Assembly: GCA_903813345.2 (NCBI GenBank)
Contig: CAIIXF020000001.1
Location: 33,790,001-33,854,000, forward strand
Reading direction: 5' to 3'
DNA from: Owenia fusiformis
Lineage: Eukaryota
DNA length: 64,000 bases
Positions 12,819 through 26,129 of this stretch are shown piece after piece. Both the position numbers and the translations under genes were made by a program. The notes under the pieces are model-generated. The model was not told the DNA's origin. It did no database searches and was given only the letters and a program-made list of their open reading frames with translations. Positions within the stretch are counted from its first letter, which is position 1. Every line of letters begins with the position of its first letter.

Positions 12819-13681
12819 ACCTGCACATCGCTCCAAAACGCAATCTTGGGTTGTTTCGGGGTGAACTTTATCATTTTGAGCTTAATGAATGATTATAGAA
12901 TGATAAACAAATGGGGCACTAAATCTTGTGTACAAATACTTACGATGAATGTGTCATTTCAAAGATTGTTCATCGAATTACTTCGATTGGTGACGACGAT
13001 ATGATTTTGGAAAGGTTTAAGAGGAGGGAAAGCCCCAGCGTTTTAAGATGACATAATTACCTCTCTTGCTTACCACCTTCGTTCGTTCAAATTTTCATCG
13101 GCTAGTTATCAAATATTACACTTCGATGGGATGTTTTAATTGACAAAGGCATATTCTGTACACCTTTCCTTATCTTGATGTGAAATGAGAAGCTATGATA
13201 TTGGTTAACACGCCAGAAATGAACATAATATTATTCGAAGCGTATTTCGAAAATTTTGAAACCGCCATCGATGACGTCATTTGTTTGTCGACTTTTGACC
13301 AATCAGCGATGATGTCATCTCAATTCAGATTTACATTATAAGCGTATGTCATCTTTGAACCCTGGTGTTTCTCCCCCTCTGGAAAGGTTTCTAAATTAAG
13401 AACGTGACGTCACTTCCGAATTATAGCATTAAAGCTAAGTCGCGTTTAATTACTCCGAAAATTCATAATACATCGGTGGCCTTGCGGTAGAATGCTCGCT
13501 CAGTACGCAGGAGGGCCGGGTTCGAATTCCGCACAAACTTTTTTTATTTTTTTTAACTAAATGATTGTTCTTTGATATTATGCAGAAATTTTTTTTTTTA
13601 TTTACATAAACTTTATATTAGAGCTTGAAAATGTAAAAACAATATATGTCAACATATTGCATTTTGGAGCGATGTGCAGGT
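12819..13681. mobile_element. TTAA-TSD MITE (Kolobok/piggyBac-type target site)
   Basis: TTAA|ACCTGCACATCGCTCCAAAA...TTTTGGAGCGATGTGCAGGT|TTAA. Confidence 0.8.
13475..13554 (+). other. Degenerate tRNA-derived Pol III-like cassette
   Basis: A-box-like TGGCCTTGCGG, B-box GGTTCGAATTC, then a T run; acceptor stem not paired. Confidence 0.6.
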
Positions 13682-16600
13682 TTAACAATTTCGAAACAAA
13701 AATGATTTGTTATCATCATAGCCTACTGAATACTGAACACGATGTAATGCTACATGCGTTCTCTTATCGGGATTAAAAGTGACTTACCATTTCAGTACAC
13801 CATTAGAAAGCTTTTTTTGTCATATCAAATGTAGTTTTTACCAGTTGACGTTTAACAACTGAGAAATCAAACACAACGTTACGACGTCAACATCGACGAT
13901 GTTTGTGTGTTTTTGTTATTGCGTTTCATATGAATGAACTTAATGCAATGTTACGTGCGTTTTTTTCCAAAGTGACTAACCAGGATGAAATTGGTCTTCT
14001 AACAACTGAAACATCACTTAAAAATATGACATTACACACCACGACGATGTAACGTTTTCATCGTGATTTGAAATGATTAATTATACGTTTTTAAATCACG
14101 ACCTAGTAAAGGTACTATAGTCATTGGATTCCCAGTTTTAGTTTTACTTCTAATTTTGCATTTTTTCATCTTGACCGTCAGCCGAGCACATGTACCCAAC
14201 TGTGGAGAGTGACTGGTCGGTGGTCGGCGGTCGGTGTTTTTCGTAAACCCGGTAAAGTCTTATCTACTCAATTTTAGGATAACCATTTGACGGGATCACC
14301 CATTGGTGGGGACATTTTGTACACATTTGTGTTCTTGTTTTAAGTATGTTGATCATTCTTCAATCGATATATCAGAACATCGTTAAGGTAGAACACAAAG
14401 GGCAACATATTGAAAAGACATTTCATAAAAAACTAAATACTTAATATATCTTTTGAAAAAATGCACCTTAATAAATGTGTCCTCAACAATAGTACCATGA
14501 TCACCTCAGTTGGTATACAGTTGGCATTCAACCTAGAGGGTATATTAAAATATCATTAAGGGGGGACACAAAGGGCAACATACTGAAAACACAAATCATA
14601 AAATAACCCCTAAAAATAATATATCATATGATAAAATGAACCTTGTTAAATGTGTTCTGAACAATAGTACCATGATCACCCTTAATGTGTTTACTGTATC
14701 TTTAACCTAGGTATTCAACCTAGATACTATGTCAAAATGTCATTAAAGATAGAACACAAAGATAGGTAGAACACAAAGAGCAACAGTTGGAAATACAAAA
14801 CCTAAATTCAAGCTAAATCTAGTTGCGACTTTCCATTACATTATTTTTCATTTGGCATTGTCAAAGAAATTAAAACAATGATAGATGACAAAATGGTATT
14901 AGTTTATTTCATATGAACACTTAACAAGCAATATTCATTCAAACAAATGACTATACGAAACATATTTTTTCAATTTTCAGGCTCATTGCTTACATATCAC
15001 ATGTTCTAAAAGTATACCCCATGAACAGATTTTTGAAAAACATATTTTAAGTTACCTGTGATTTAATTGCTTTATTGCAAATGACACATGTTTCTTTGAT
15101 CTTGTTATCATTGAAAATTGAATACATGTCTGTTGAGAGGTTTGAACATGGTGCTCAGAATTATCTATAGGAACCCAGGTTGGATGTCTCTGTGGCATGA
15201 TATGTTGACACAATCGTTATTGTAAATGACAGAGTTTGTTGGAAGGTTCGGTCCGGAATGTCTTTCCAAATAAGATTTTCTATTTTTGTAGAATGTTCTA
15301 TGTTGCACCTAGCTAAGCAATACATTCAAGGCAGAATGGATTCTTGACTATAATGGCAATTTCAATATGGCCTCTTTTTTTAAACTAGATTTTTTGCTAT
15401 ACTTTCATATTGTGTATCTTCCACACTTAGGACCCTCTCTTATTTCATGTTTGAATTATAAAAAAGTGTCAATACTAAACAATAACGGTAAATTCAGAGA
15501 AGGTCTGGTTTGTGGAAGTATCTCAATCTGTCAATGAATGAAGAAGGTCATTCACTGTTTACAACAAAAACACAATAGGGTGTCTTTCAATACAAGGATT
15601 ATTGACTATTTATGCATGAATGGCACTTGAAATGAAGCTTAGTAGATTAGGACACATTGTAGTTCTTATATTGACAGGTGAAATTAAGTCTATCTACAAA
15701 ACTCAAGATTTTAAGGTTCTGTGAAAATATGTCAAAATTACTCATTTATAGAGTCAACATGACATGTGTTAAGAATCACTGTTAAAAACACCTTTTTACC
15801 ATATTTTCCACACTATTTATGTGATTTGTTGAAAATATACTTAATAAAGATTCAAATTGCATAAAAATAATTCTGGAATTCCATTTTACCCTTTTCAATA
15901 ATTTTCTATGTTCTTAAAGGTACACTAATAGGTACAGATCCTTTTATTATATGCTGATACCTAGGGACACTGTAGCTCTGTTCAATAACGATTCTCAAAA
16001 TGGCGGCTGAATTTCAAATTTGCTGCCATTTTTCATAAAAAAGGAATGTAATCTTTGATAACTCATTAACCTGCATTGACCTTTCTATTACAAACAAGCC
16101 TTTTCTCGTTAGGAAATTGGTTTTTTCTGACCCTATTGGTAATACTGACCACTCTACTATTTTGACCACTCTTCCATTAGTAAGAGACACAAATTAAAGA
16201 AAACCATTTGGAAATATGACCAGGCGGATATTGAGGGTATAAATTCCAACATTCGTAATTTTGACCTGACTGAACTATTTAATCAGAATAATAGAGATAT
16301 TAATGTGACAACTGACAGCTTTCACTGTGCCAAAAAGGCTATATTGTAATAGATTCTCCTGTTAACTATGCTCTAATATCAACTGTCATAGTGTGAAATA
16401 TCTCCCGTATCTCCTGTGTTGTAGAGACAACTAGTATAGTTAGTACTATTTTCAACTCTACGAAATATGAGCTAATTTGCTGCGTTATATATCTAGGCTA
16501 ACAAATAGTTTGCCTACCACTCTATTGGACCTATAGAACCAGACATACCCGCCGATTCTATGGAAAACAGCTTCTTCTGGCCTATTTCAGGATAGACACG

Positions 16601-17538
16601 TACTATTAAATCAGAGCTTTAAAAACAGCAGATACGCTAACTATACGAATTGACGTCATCGTTTCTTATTTCTTTAACTTATCTGGCTTATTAATGATTG
16701 ACAATGCACTGTCAGCGTTAAGTAATTAAACAAACAAAATAAAACTGATAGATTCACTTTATACACATTATTTAGTCAGATTTAGTATTAATAGAGATGA
16801 TTTTTATCATTAACATTTGATGAAATCGATAAATAATATATTAAAAGATGTTTTATTTTCGGATATTTGTGTAAAAGGATGGGTAATAATACAGTATTTC
16901 CATTCAGTATTGTAATTATCATTTTATATTATGAAGGAGAAAAATATAATCAGCATAATATACTCTATTATATAGAGATTAATGTAATATAATTAGAAAT
17001 AAGTGAGATTCAAATATATTATTTGTACATATAATCATTTACCAAATCCGATTATGTCAATAAGAAAATGTAGCAGGATGTTTTATTCCCGGTGTAATAT
17101 TCTTTTTTAGAATTATTTGCGCCAATTTATATTTATTCTGTCTTTCCAAAATATTATTTGGTCATATTTATCAATCCAAACTGATGATTGTAGTTTATTT
17201 AGAATTTTTTCTATTCAGAAAAATATTATTTTCTAGTATTTTCCAATCTAAACCGAAAATATCAGATTACATTGTATTATTTGGGTTCTAAAAAATATTA
17301 TATGCGATTATTCTCGTCCAACTTGATGTACAATTCATCTGGTTAATCACTTAACCAAACAAAACAAAGAATGTACAGCATGGCAGTTAATAGGATCAAC
17401 CGTTCTACTGGCCTTCTCATCTCAATTATTTACAAATGTCACACATTATTTTGATTGTTCTATTTCTATTTGAAAAATATTTACAAAATAAATATTTTAG
17501 AAGAAAGAAAGAAATTTAACTTGATTTAAATTAATGTT

Positions 17539-19090
17539 AACAATGGAGTAAAAATTGTTAAGAAAAGTCATCAATTAAAAATCAAAAAATTAACTTTCCA
17601 ATGAGTTCATCGATTCAATCCAAATTTTAACACAATGTTAATCATAGAATGAGGGACAATATACAATCAAATAAATATGAAAAACTTAATTTGCAAATTA
17701 TTATTTTTGTGGAAATTAGAACAATCGGCTCTAGATATTAATCCATTAACTCTAACAAACGGATTAGTTATCAGTGAACAAAACTCATTTCATAGAAATT
17801 GAAAATAACTTAGGGATTAAAGTATTACTTCTATTGCTCTGACATCAATACATGTATGTGAATGTTGAAAATCTGCATGATTTTGAAAGAATAGTTGGCC
17901 AAGGGGAGGGAATCGTTACTTGTTAAGTACGGGCCTGTTTAAAATGCGTCATGTATTAAGCTAAAATTTGAGCAGTTCTGTGTCAAGACTATTTTTGTGG
18001 TTTGCAAAGTGAATACAGGTGGTTGTTTGTGCCTGTGTAAGAGGGGGCCTTAAATGTTGTTTGTTGTAAACTTAATGTGGCACAGAAACAATGGAGTAAA
18101 CATGTCAGGAGACCCATTGATTAAAAATTAGCTTTCCGTTGAGTCAATCAATTAAATCCAAATTTTAACACAATGTTAATTATAACATTAGGGACATTAT
18201 GCAATCAAATAATTATGAAAAACTTAGTTTTCAAATTATTTTTGGGGAACTTAGAACTGTTGGCTGTAGGAAATTAATCCATTACCACTAACAAATGGAT
18301 TAGTTATCAGTGTTAACGAATCTCATATTAAAGAAATTGAATAATTGGGGATTAAAGTTTAACATATTGCTCTGACATACTGTATGTCAATATGTTATTT
18401 ACATCAGTTTGTTCTACCATGCTCCAATTTGCTCAAAGTGTAATCATCGCTTTATCAGATGAAACATTAGGAATTAATGTAAAATGTACCCGCTTCTTTA
18501 TTTTCATTATCAAACAACTAAACATACCGAATCTCGCACCTTTTGAATGTATTATTTGGAAATGGAAAACAAAGAAAGGTTAATAAAACCATGGGCTTTC
18601 AACTAGAAATGGTCCAATTGTAGTAGAAACAAATGTATTACATTATGGACTAATCTGTTGTTTATATCCCTTGTTTATATCTCAGATATTATATTGATAA
18701 CAAAAAAATGAATTGTAAAATGTGAGAGAATTCAAGTTTTAATTTTGTTTTAGGATGGCTTAACACCACTTGTATCATGCAAACTTAATGCATGTTTCCT
18801 AATTTATTACCAGAGATTTGTCAGAAGAAATCGGAGCAATACATCCAATATATTACAGGCTCGTAATAAGTCTTAGCCCAGAGGATCAATTTTCAAAACA
18901 TACCAACGGGTCACAATTTATAATTTTGGCCCAAAATCACTTAACAGTGCTCAGATTGGTAAAACTATGTAGGACTTTGACAGAGAAGCAATTGAGTTAA
19001 ATTGTGAGGAAACCCAATGGGAGTAAAAATGTGAGGAAACCCATTGATTAAAAATTAACTTTCCGTTGAGTCAATCAATTAAATCCAAAG
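17539..19090 (+). repeat. Old diverged direct repeats
   Basis: AATGGAGTAAA...TTAACTTTCC...AATCCAAA blocks recur at ~17540, ~18090 and ~19020. Confidence 0.6.
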
Positions 19091-19496
19091 GACAGGTCCA
19101 TTTAACAGACTATTGGTCCACTTAGACTTTTTCCAAAAAACTCATTCTTCCATTTACTTTTAAAACCGATTGCAAGTTGTAGATAAACCTTTTTTCTTGA
19201 AATGTGCAATTTCAAAAAGTGGCATTAGTTTTCAGATTCTTTGAAATATTGGCAGTAAGAATCACTATCACAAGACTGTCTGAACATGGATACACACTAT
19301 GTTTACCATCAAAATAATATCAAAACTTATCATTACATAGAATTTATTATATGGAACATGACACTGAGGATCTGGAGTTTGGGTAATGTGAGACATGAGT
19401 TGCTACTTTTTGAATCTCATATTCAATATTCTTTCTTTAAAACCTCATATTTAATATTTTTGGAGTGGTAATTCAATTATTTACCTATTTGTTTTT

Positions 19497-19910
19497 ATTT
19501 ATCCCATAGTTGGGCTCTGTTCCGCTCTATTAGGTTACATGAAAACATATTTATGATATTTTGCAAATGCGTGGAAAAAGTGATATCTGTGGAATACGGC
19601 AAATATTTCACAGATATCACCTTTTGCCAGGGATTTGAAAACTACCACCAATATGATGTGTTTTGTTACATAGTGATTTCATGACATCACGGGGATGAAT
19701 GAATAAAAAGATGTTGTTTTGATATGTTTTGTTTAGTTTTATAGGTGAACTATGGGATAAATAGAACATCCTATGAATGTTCGTGATATCGTGTTAATCC
19801 ACTCATTGATATCAATATCTACGCTAATTGGCGATACTAACTTGGCAAGATATTGATATCAACTCGGAGATAAAGATAAAATCATTTAAAATCATATGAT
19901 ATCCTAAACA
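19497..19910. mobile_element. Double inverted-repeat non-autonomous element (Crypton-like architecture), copy 1
   Basis: TTTATCCCATAGTT/AACTATGGGATAAA pair abutted by AGAACATCCTATGA/TCATATGATATCCT pair. Confidence 0.45.
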
Positions 19911-20419
19911 TATCCTTTACTGTGCCACAACCTTTTCATATGTTATATTTTGGCACAGGCCATCATTAATTTTCCTTGAATTCATGCTTCTGTTCCTCGT
20001 TTTAGAAATGAGAGGAAATCTTTGATTTTCCTTGTATTTGAGTTGCTTAAATGTTGCCCTGTTATGTGATAAAAGTCAATAGTATCCACTACAGTCACAG
20101 TTGAAATGTACCCATTGCTAGCCCAGAACCTACCAAAAATAGCATTTGCATTTTGCCAATATTGCCCTATGTGCTTTTCCATGAAAATAGTTTTAATTGT
20201 ATCTTTTCTTCAGTATTTCATATATTACATTTTAATATATTTAAATTGGTTTATATTTATATATTATTTACTTAGACAGCAATAAATAAAGAATTTTTTG
20301 TAAAAACACCAAAAATGGTATATGATCTTTAAATGACTGTTATGTGAACATCAAAGCTCAAAATTCGCTGAAATTGTAATTTTATAAAGCACAAATGATT
20401 TTTCTTCAATGATATACAT

Positions 20420-20840
20420 TATTATCCTACACTTAGTGTACTAAATGTATAATAACATGAAAAAATAAATTTAATATTTATTGTCAAAATGAATATCCGG
20501 AGGATATCGTAACGATATACTCCGGGCGGAGGATATCGTGACGATATACTCCGGAAAACCCAATATGCGGAGGATATTGTGACGATATACTCCGCTTGTT
20601 GATTTCCCGCCAAATTGACTCTATTTGGCATGGAATTAATTTTACAATGATATTATACATTCAGTACACTCCTTGTAAGTGTAGGATAATAAGAACATCC
20701 TATGATTTTTTCAGAATATCATTTTAATCTACTCGGTGATATTGATATATGCACTCGTTCGCTTCGCTCTCTCGTGCAGATATCAATATCACCTCGTAGA
20801 TAAAAATGATATTCCTCAAAATCATAGGATATCCTATAAT
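20420..20840. mobile_element. Double inverted-repeat non-autonomous element (Crypton-like architecture), copy 2
   Basis: ATTATCCTACACTTA/TAAGTGTAGGATAAT pair abutted by ATCCTATGATTTT/AAAATCATAGGAT pair; short GAGGATATCGTGACGATATACTCCG tandem inside. Confidence 0.5.
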
Positions 20841-22045
20841 TATCAGATATCTTTGGGGGCTAAAAAGGGCCCTTATTGACACCCATCCTTTAATCCCCCT
20901 AAAATTGCCCATATGGGGATTTATTCTCTAGATTTTCTTGTAATTGCCCGTGAGAATTTATTAAGAATATCTTTTCCATTCACATGTCTTATCAGTCACA
21001 ATCACAATTAAGCCAATTGCTTTCATTTCTTGTATTAGAAAATGGCAAAATGTTGACAAAAATAGCATTTCTCAAAGTTGACCTTTAAACCACCCTAATG
21101 TCAAGGGGGGGGGTGTATAGGGATATTGTATATCGTATAAGAGGGTGAAAATTTATCGTATATGGTATGAGAGGTGTAAAAAATATGGTATATGGTATAA
21201 TAGAAAATATATGGTATCTAGAATTAAAGAAGGCTAATTATGAAGAAATTGTACCCTAAAGTTCCCCATTGTGCCACCTATCTTACTGTTACCATGTTGG
21301 AAAAACATGGAAAAGTAGTCTCTCTAATTGGTTCCACATTCCAGGTCAATCGATACTGTAAGTTTAGAGAAAATCACTCTCAAACTAAGAGTTTTGTGCC
21401 CTTTTCATTCAGATTTTCACAGGAGGTGTTAAATACAGTCTCGAATAAGAATCACGCCCGGTGATCAGAAGAAATGTATGGATAAAAGATCTATTAAAAA
21501 AGTGCAGCGCCACCAACGTGCAAATGCCAATGTTTTTGCTATAAATCAAGCAACAGGGGTCTACACGACCTGTAATAGATACTTGTAAGTGAAGTAATTA
21601 TCACAAAACTATTGTCATCATTGGTTTTGTAAAACACGTTACCATAAGTTATATAAAAAGTAATCAAAAATTGAACGGAGGGGGAGTAATGTGTCTATAA
21701 GACATATTATATGAAAAGAGATGTAACTTGACTTTATTTCCAATAACTCCATATATGTCCCCATTTTTCACTTGTTACTGAGTAACTGAGTTCATTTTCA
21801 AGTACTCCCCCCCCCCCGTTCAATTTTAATTATTTTTGATTATGTTTTATCTATTATTTGGAAAATTATTTTAAAAAACCGGCAATGAAATTCATTTTAT
21901 GATAAATAAAAGTCGCTTATATATATTTATTACAGGTTGTGCAGACCATTGTTGCTTGATTTATAGCAAAAACATTGGCATTTGCAGGTTGGCAATGTGC
22001 GCCTTTTTAAATAGATCTTTTATCTTAGAACTCCATCAGTTCAAA

Positions 22046-22622
22046 AAACAAGGCACAGACGTGAACACTATCGTACCTAAAACACAGCATTGTGGTCTTG
22101 TTGACCAAGAAAGCAAGATGGCCACAGAAAAGTTAATCAGCTCAAGAACTTATCACTGTGTAACATATGTAAAAATTTGAATGGTTTGGCTGGAAACCTG
22201 TAGACAAGTCTTGAAAGTGAAGATTTTAGGACGGAAAATCCAAAATGGCCACCTTAAAATTTACCCAGAATGCCCAAAAACAAATCAGTTCTTGACGTTG
22301 ATATGTAGAAACATCCCTGAAAATTTCAGATGAATCCCTCACATGGTTTGGCTGGAAACCTGTAGACAAGTCTTGAAAGTGAAGATTTTAGGACGGAAAA
22401 TCCAAAATGACCACCTTAAGATTTACCCAGAATGCCCAAAAACTAATCAGTTTTTGACGTTGATATGTAAAAACATCCCTGAAAATTTCAGATGAATCCC
22501 TAAAATGGTTTGGCTGGAAACCTGTAGACAAGCTGAAAAGTGAGACGCCGCCCGCCCGCCGGCCCGCCGCCCTCCCGTCAAGCTGACTACAATATCGTAC
22601 CTTTTGTTAGGTACGATAAAAA
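22046..22622 (-). mobile_element. HINE-like element with (GGGC)n microsatellite and ~162-bp monomers
   Basis: Sub-terminal ATCGTACCTAA with adjacent inverted copy, GCCC microsatellite at 22547-22575, about 2 monomers related to the 45080-46010 array. Confidence 0.75.
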
Positions 22623-23561
22623 TTCAAGTAGACCTAACATATATGTATTTCCCTGTGCACTGCGCCTATTTCCATAAAGGTCAAACCACATGTTTCATGA
22701 ATGATTTCAAGGCAAAGATGTATTGATGAGAATGAAAACTTCTCTATGTAACTAAAAATAACTTTCTTTTAAAGGACCACGGATGGTATCAAACAGATTT
22801 CAGTCATATATTAGATTTTGGATATTTTCTGAGGATTTGAACAGGTGCATATGTTAGGCCAATGAATTAACTCCAGGACAAGCAGTCATAGAGATTATAA
22901 AATAATAAACACCCCATCAACAAGTTTTTTCTGTAATGTTGTCCTGATTTCCAGCCCATTCCACATCTGTTGTTTCAATGTTTGTTGCATCGATCACTAT
23001 GTTGCGTTTTAAGACATGGTTAACATCTTTAAATGAAAATATGATTCATGTAGCAGCAGGGGTTTTAAAGATATCAATTTTGGATGACCAATATTAAGCT
23101 GAAAACAATGGATCACATGAGTTTTCCCTATGGGAAAATAACATAGGAAATATTGTTTTCGACTTTATCCCAAATGAATCATATTTTAGAGGTTAACTGT
23201 GTCTCAAAACTGTGTCTCAAAGTGCAACATACTGGTGCATTAAACATTGAAAATGCAAAAGTGGAAAGGGCTAAAAATCAGGACAACATTTCAGAAAAAC
23301 CTTCCCTGTCTCAAAGTCCAAATTATTTATTACCTCCATGAGTGCTTGATCTGGAGTTAATGCATTGGCCTAACATCATGCACTTGTTCAAATCCTCAAT
23401 AAATAGCCGAAATCCAACATATGACAGTTTGAAGGCCAAATAAACACCTTTTGCTATATTAGAATTGTGATGCTTGTATTAAAACATGCGCTGTATGAAC
23501 ACTTTATACTCAAATATTTTAATGATTTATCCCACATACCCCGAAACACGAGTATCCATAG

Positions 23562-23897
23562 CAGGCCTGTCAACTTGGGAACACCTAACATGAGTGACTT
23601 GGAAATGTTGAACACCTCCCCTCAAAATATGGACACCTTGGTCCAAATCTGAACACCTTGATCCAAATTTTGAACACCTTGGTTTAAATTTTATTACATC
23701 TTGCCAAATTTTGAACACCTCAAATTTTTCGCGAACTTTTTAGAAATTTTTCTACAGAAATATTTTTGCTTGACAATTACCAGATAAAATGCGTATTTGC
23801 GTGACATTTTCTGTCACGCAAAAATAATTGGCGTGACTTCAAATTCTTCAGCAAATGCGTGACAAATACGCAAATTGCGGGACAGTTGACAGGCCTG
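23562..23897 (-). mobile_element. CAGGCCTGTCAAC MITE copy 3 (internally deleted), 6-bp TSD
   Basis: CCATAG|CAGGCCTGTCAAC...GTTGACAGGCCTG|CCATAG. Confidence 0.92.
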
Positions 23898-26129
23898 CCA
23901 TAGTGACCATATTTTTCATCAAAGTTAAGAAGAGTCAATGACATTTGGCAGCCTCACGCCCAGTGATCTGAAGAAATGAACGGAGGGGGGAGTAGCTGAT
24001 TTTCGGTAAATTCAACAAATCTTGAAGATTTATTTTCAAGAGAAAGTTTGTGCCAGTTTTGAAAAAAATCTGAGGTCAGTTAAGCTATATTATCCAAGGG
24101 AGACATGTCTAGCTTCTCCTAGAGATAACTACATATGTTTTTATTTATGGAAATTATGTTGAGACCATTTGAAGGGCATATATTGTATGGTATGAGATAC
24201 TGTATTTTGAGCAATGATGTCTCAATCAGAGAAAAATTTGGAAATTTTTTATGACGCACACAGTATACAGATCATGACCATGACAAGCCAAAAATAATCA
24301 TACGCACATATTTGTATCTTTAACATTTTTACAAATAACAATTTTACCATTATCTGAATTTTTGTGAGCTGAACTGCAATAATAAAGAAAATTGAATAAA
24401 AAGAAAAATGTTCTAATTTTTTTTTGGCCCACCCTGTACATATTTTCTTCAGCAAATTTTATTTTCATAGAACGCATGATGAATCTTTTATTCCAAATTC
24501 TCAATTTCGCGTTTCAAGGAATTTTGGCTCACTATGAAGGATTCCATTGACATTACAATAAGTCATGGGAAAGTAAGTCATAAGAAAGAGGAACACTGAG
24601 TTCCACCCATTCCAATGATGCAGGTTTTGTGCTAATTTTGAATATCTTTATGGTACTTTTACAGGTAATGGCTTTAGCAAATTGCAGAAATGCTAAGTTA
24701 GTTTTTTGGTCAAAGTAGGTTGTGAAATCACTAAAGAGAAGTCATGAATCTTTTACCATAAATGTGTTTTAAAATTATCGCATATTGTATTTCACCTGAA
24801 CTTTTGTAAAATATTGTATGTTGTATAAGAGCTGTACAAAATATTGTATATGGTATAAAAGGGGTGAAAAAATATTGTATATGGTATAAGAGAGCTGAAA
24901 AATATTGTATATGCATTTCCAAGACCCTCTATACACCCCCCTGTCAAGGTCAAATGTCAAAATTCTCAGAAATCACATTTTAAGTAATAAGTCATACTTC
25001 CTCTTCAATTCCATGTCAATATATACTTGTTTTGTAGGGGGGCTAAAAGAGAGAGTCTTCTCGGACTGTAATAAATAAAGGTCAAAGGGATGCCATTTGT
25101 ACTCTCTTGAATTGTGGCATGTTTAGTTGATCCAAATGTGTTTGTCTAGAATAAAATAGGCTCATATATCACACTACTATACCTTGCATTTGGTGTTCAT
25201 GAGCAACCCATTTGGCTTATTAGTAATGATTATGTATTTGTTTTTATTTGTCTGTTCCTTATGAATGGTTTATCGGTTGAAAATTAGATGCTAGTAAGGC
25301 ACTTTCAAAAATATATTAAACAATTCAATTAGACAAACAAAGTATCTTATGCATTTCTAGGTGTTAGGTATAGTAGTGTGTATATAGTACATACATATAG
25401 ACCCATCTCTTCTCAAATTGACTTTTTGGAGATGCTCGTTATGAAACACCCTGCATGTCATTTGTTGAGCTACTGAATGGGTTGTTTCCAGGAATTGCTA
25501 GAACCTATTGGTTTGATTGGTGTTTCAAATTGATGGTTAAAGTATTTGATTGGATACTGTTCCTACTCAGCCAATTAATTTTTAAAAATGCTTGCGGTCA
25601 ATTGTTCCACACACATGTAGGTAAAGCTTTATACGGAGATCCAACTGTATACGTTTATCATCTACGTGTATATACAATTTTGTAAGTTCATTGAACTTAT
25701 ACTGATTATGAAAACTTTGAAATAATCAACTTGTTTATGTAATGACTCACTTTAAAGGATCATGACTCACTTTAAAGGATCGTGTTTATAATACACTACA
25801 ACTACTAGGACACGGAAGCAAGCATTTAATTATAATGTGCATAATCTACACATACAGATAACAGTGCATTCAGTCTCTGGTTGATGGAGCGTTTCTATAT
25901 TGGGAATAGTTATGTTCCATTAAGTACAATTTAAAATTGATTTTAGTAAATATAATAGTTCGACATGACCCTTTAAACTATACGTATAAGTTGTACTTAC
26001 ACTTATGTGCGAAATCTCTCTATTGTTTATGAATCACTAGGGCAGAGCATTTGTACTGAAAGGAGCGTTTTCAGTACAAATATGTACTGAAAAATGTACT
26101 AGTTTTGTTTCAGTACAAATTTAAGTATA

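Larger units (their letters stand above)
12500..14250. mobile_element. Non-autonomous MULE-like element, 9-bp TSD (1 mismatch)
   Basis: GGTAAAGTT|GGGTTTACGAAAAAGACCGACC...GGTCGGTGTTTTTCGTAAACCC|GGTAAAGTC. Confidence 0.82.
40..14341 (+). mobile_element. HINE/DINE-1-like (Helentron-associated) element, split by large nested insertions
   Basis: (CCGT)n microsatellite at ~46-70; monomer sequence continues across inserts (40-239, 4377-4459, 11168-12499, 14251-14341); ~149-bp then ~162-bp tandem monomers; HINE-type 3' end at ~14300-14341. Confidence 0.6.
21107..24941. mobile_element. Poly-G/poly-C-terminal element copy 2, 8-bp TSD, with several nested palindromic elements
   Basis: TGTCAAGG|GGGGGGGTGTATAGGG...CCCTCTATACACCCCCC|TGTCAAGG; same termini as 8859-9685; internal inverted pairs at ~21480-22025 and ~22800-23440. 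Confidence 0.7.

Noticed and set aside
13475..13538. Functional tRNA gene
   Set aside because: Acceptor and anticodon stems do not pair properly and it lies inside a MITE
14940..26030. Several AG acceptor-like sites (~14980, ~18753, ~21935) as missing PDE4 exons
   Set aside because: Downstream translations show no PDE motifs by eye; a tBLASTn would be needed to exclude short exons fully
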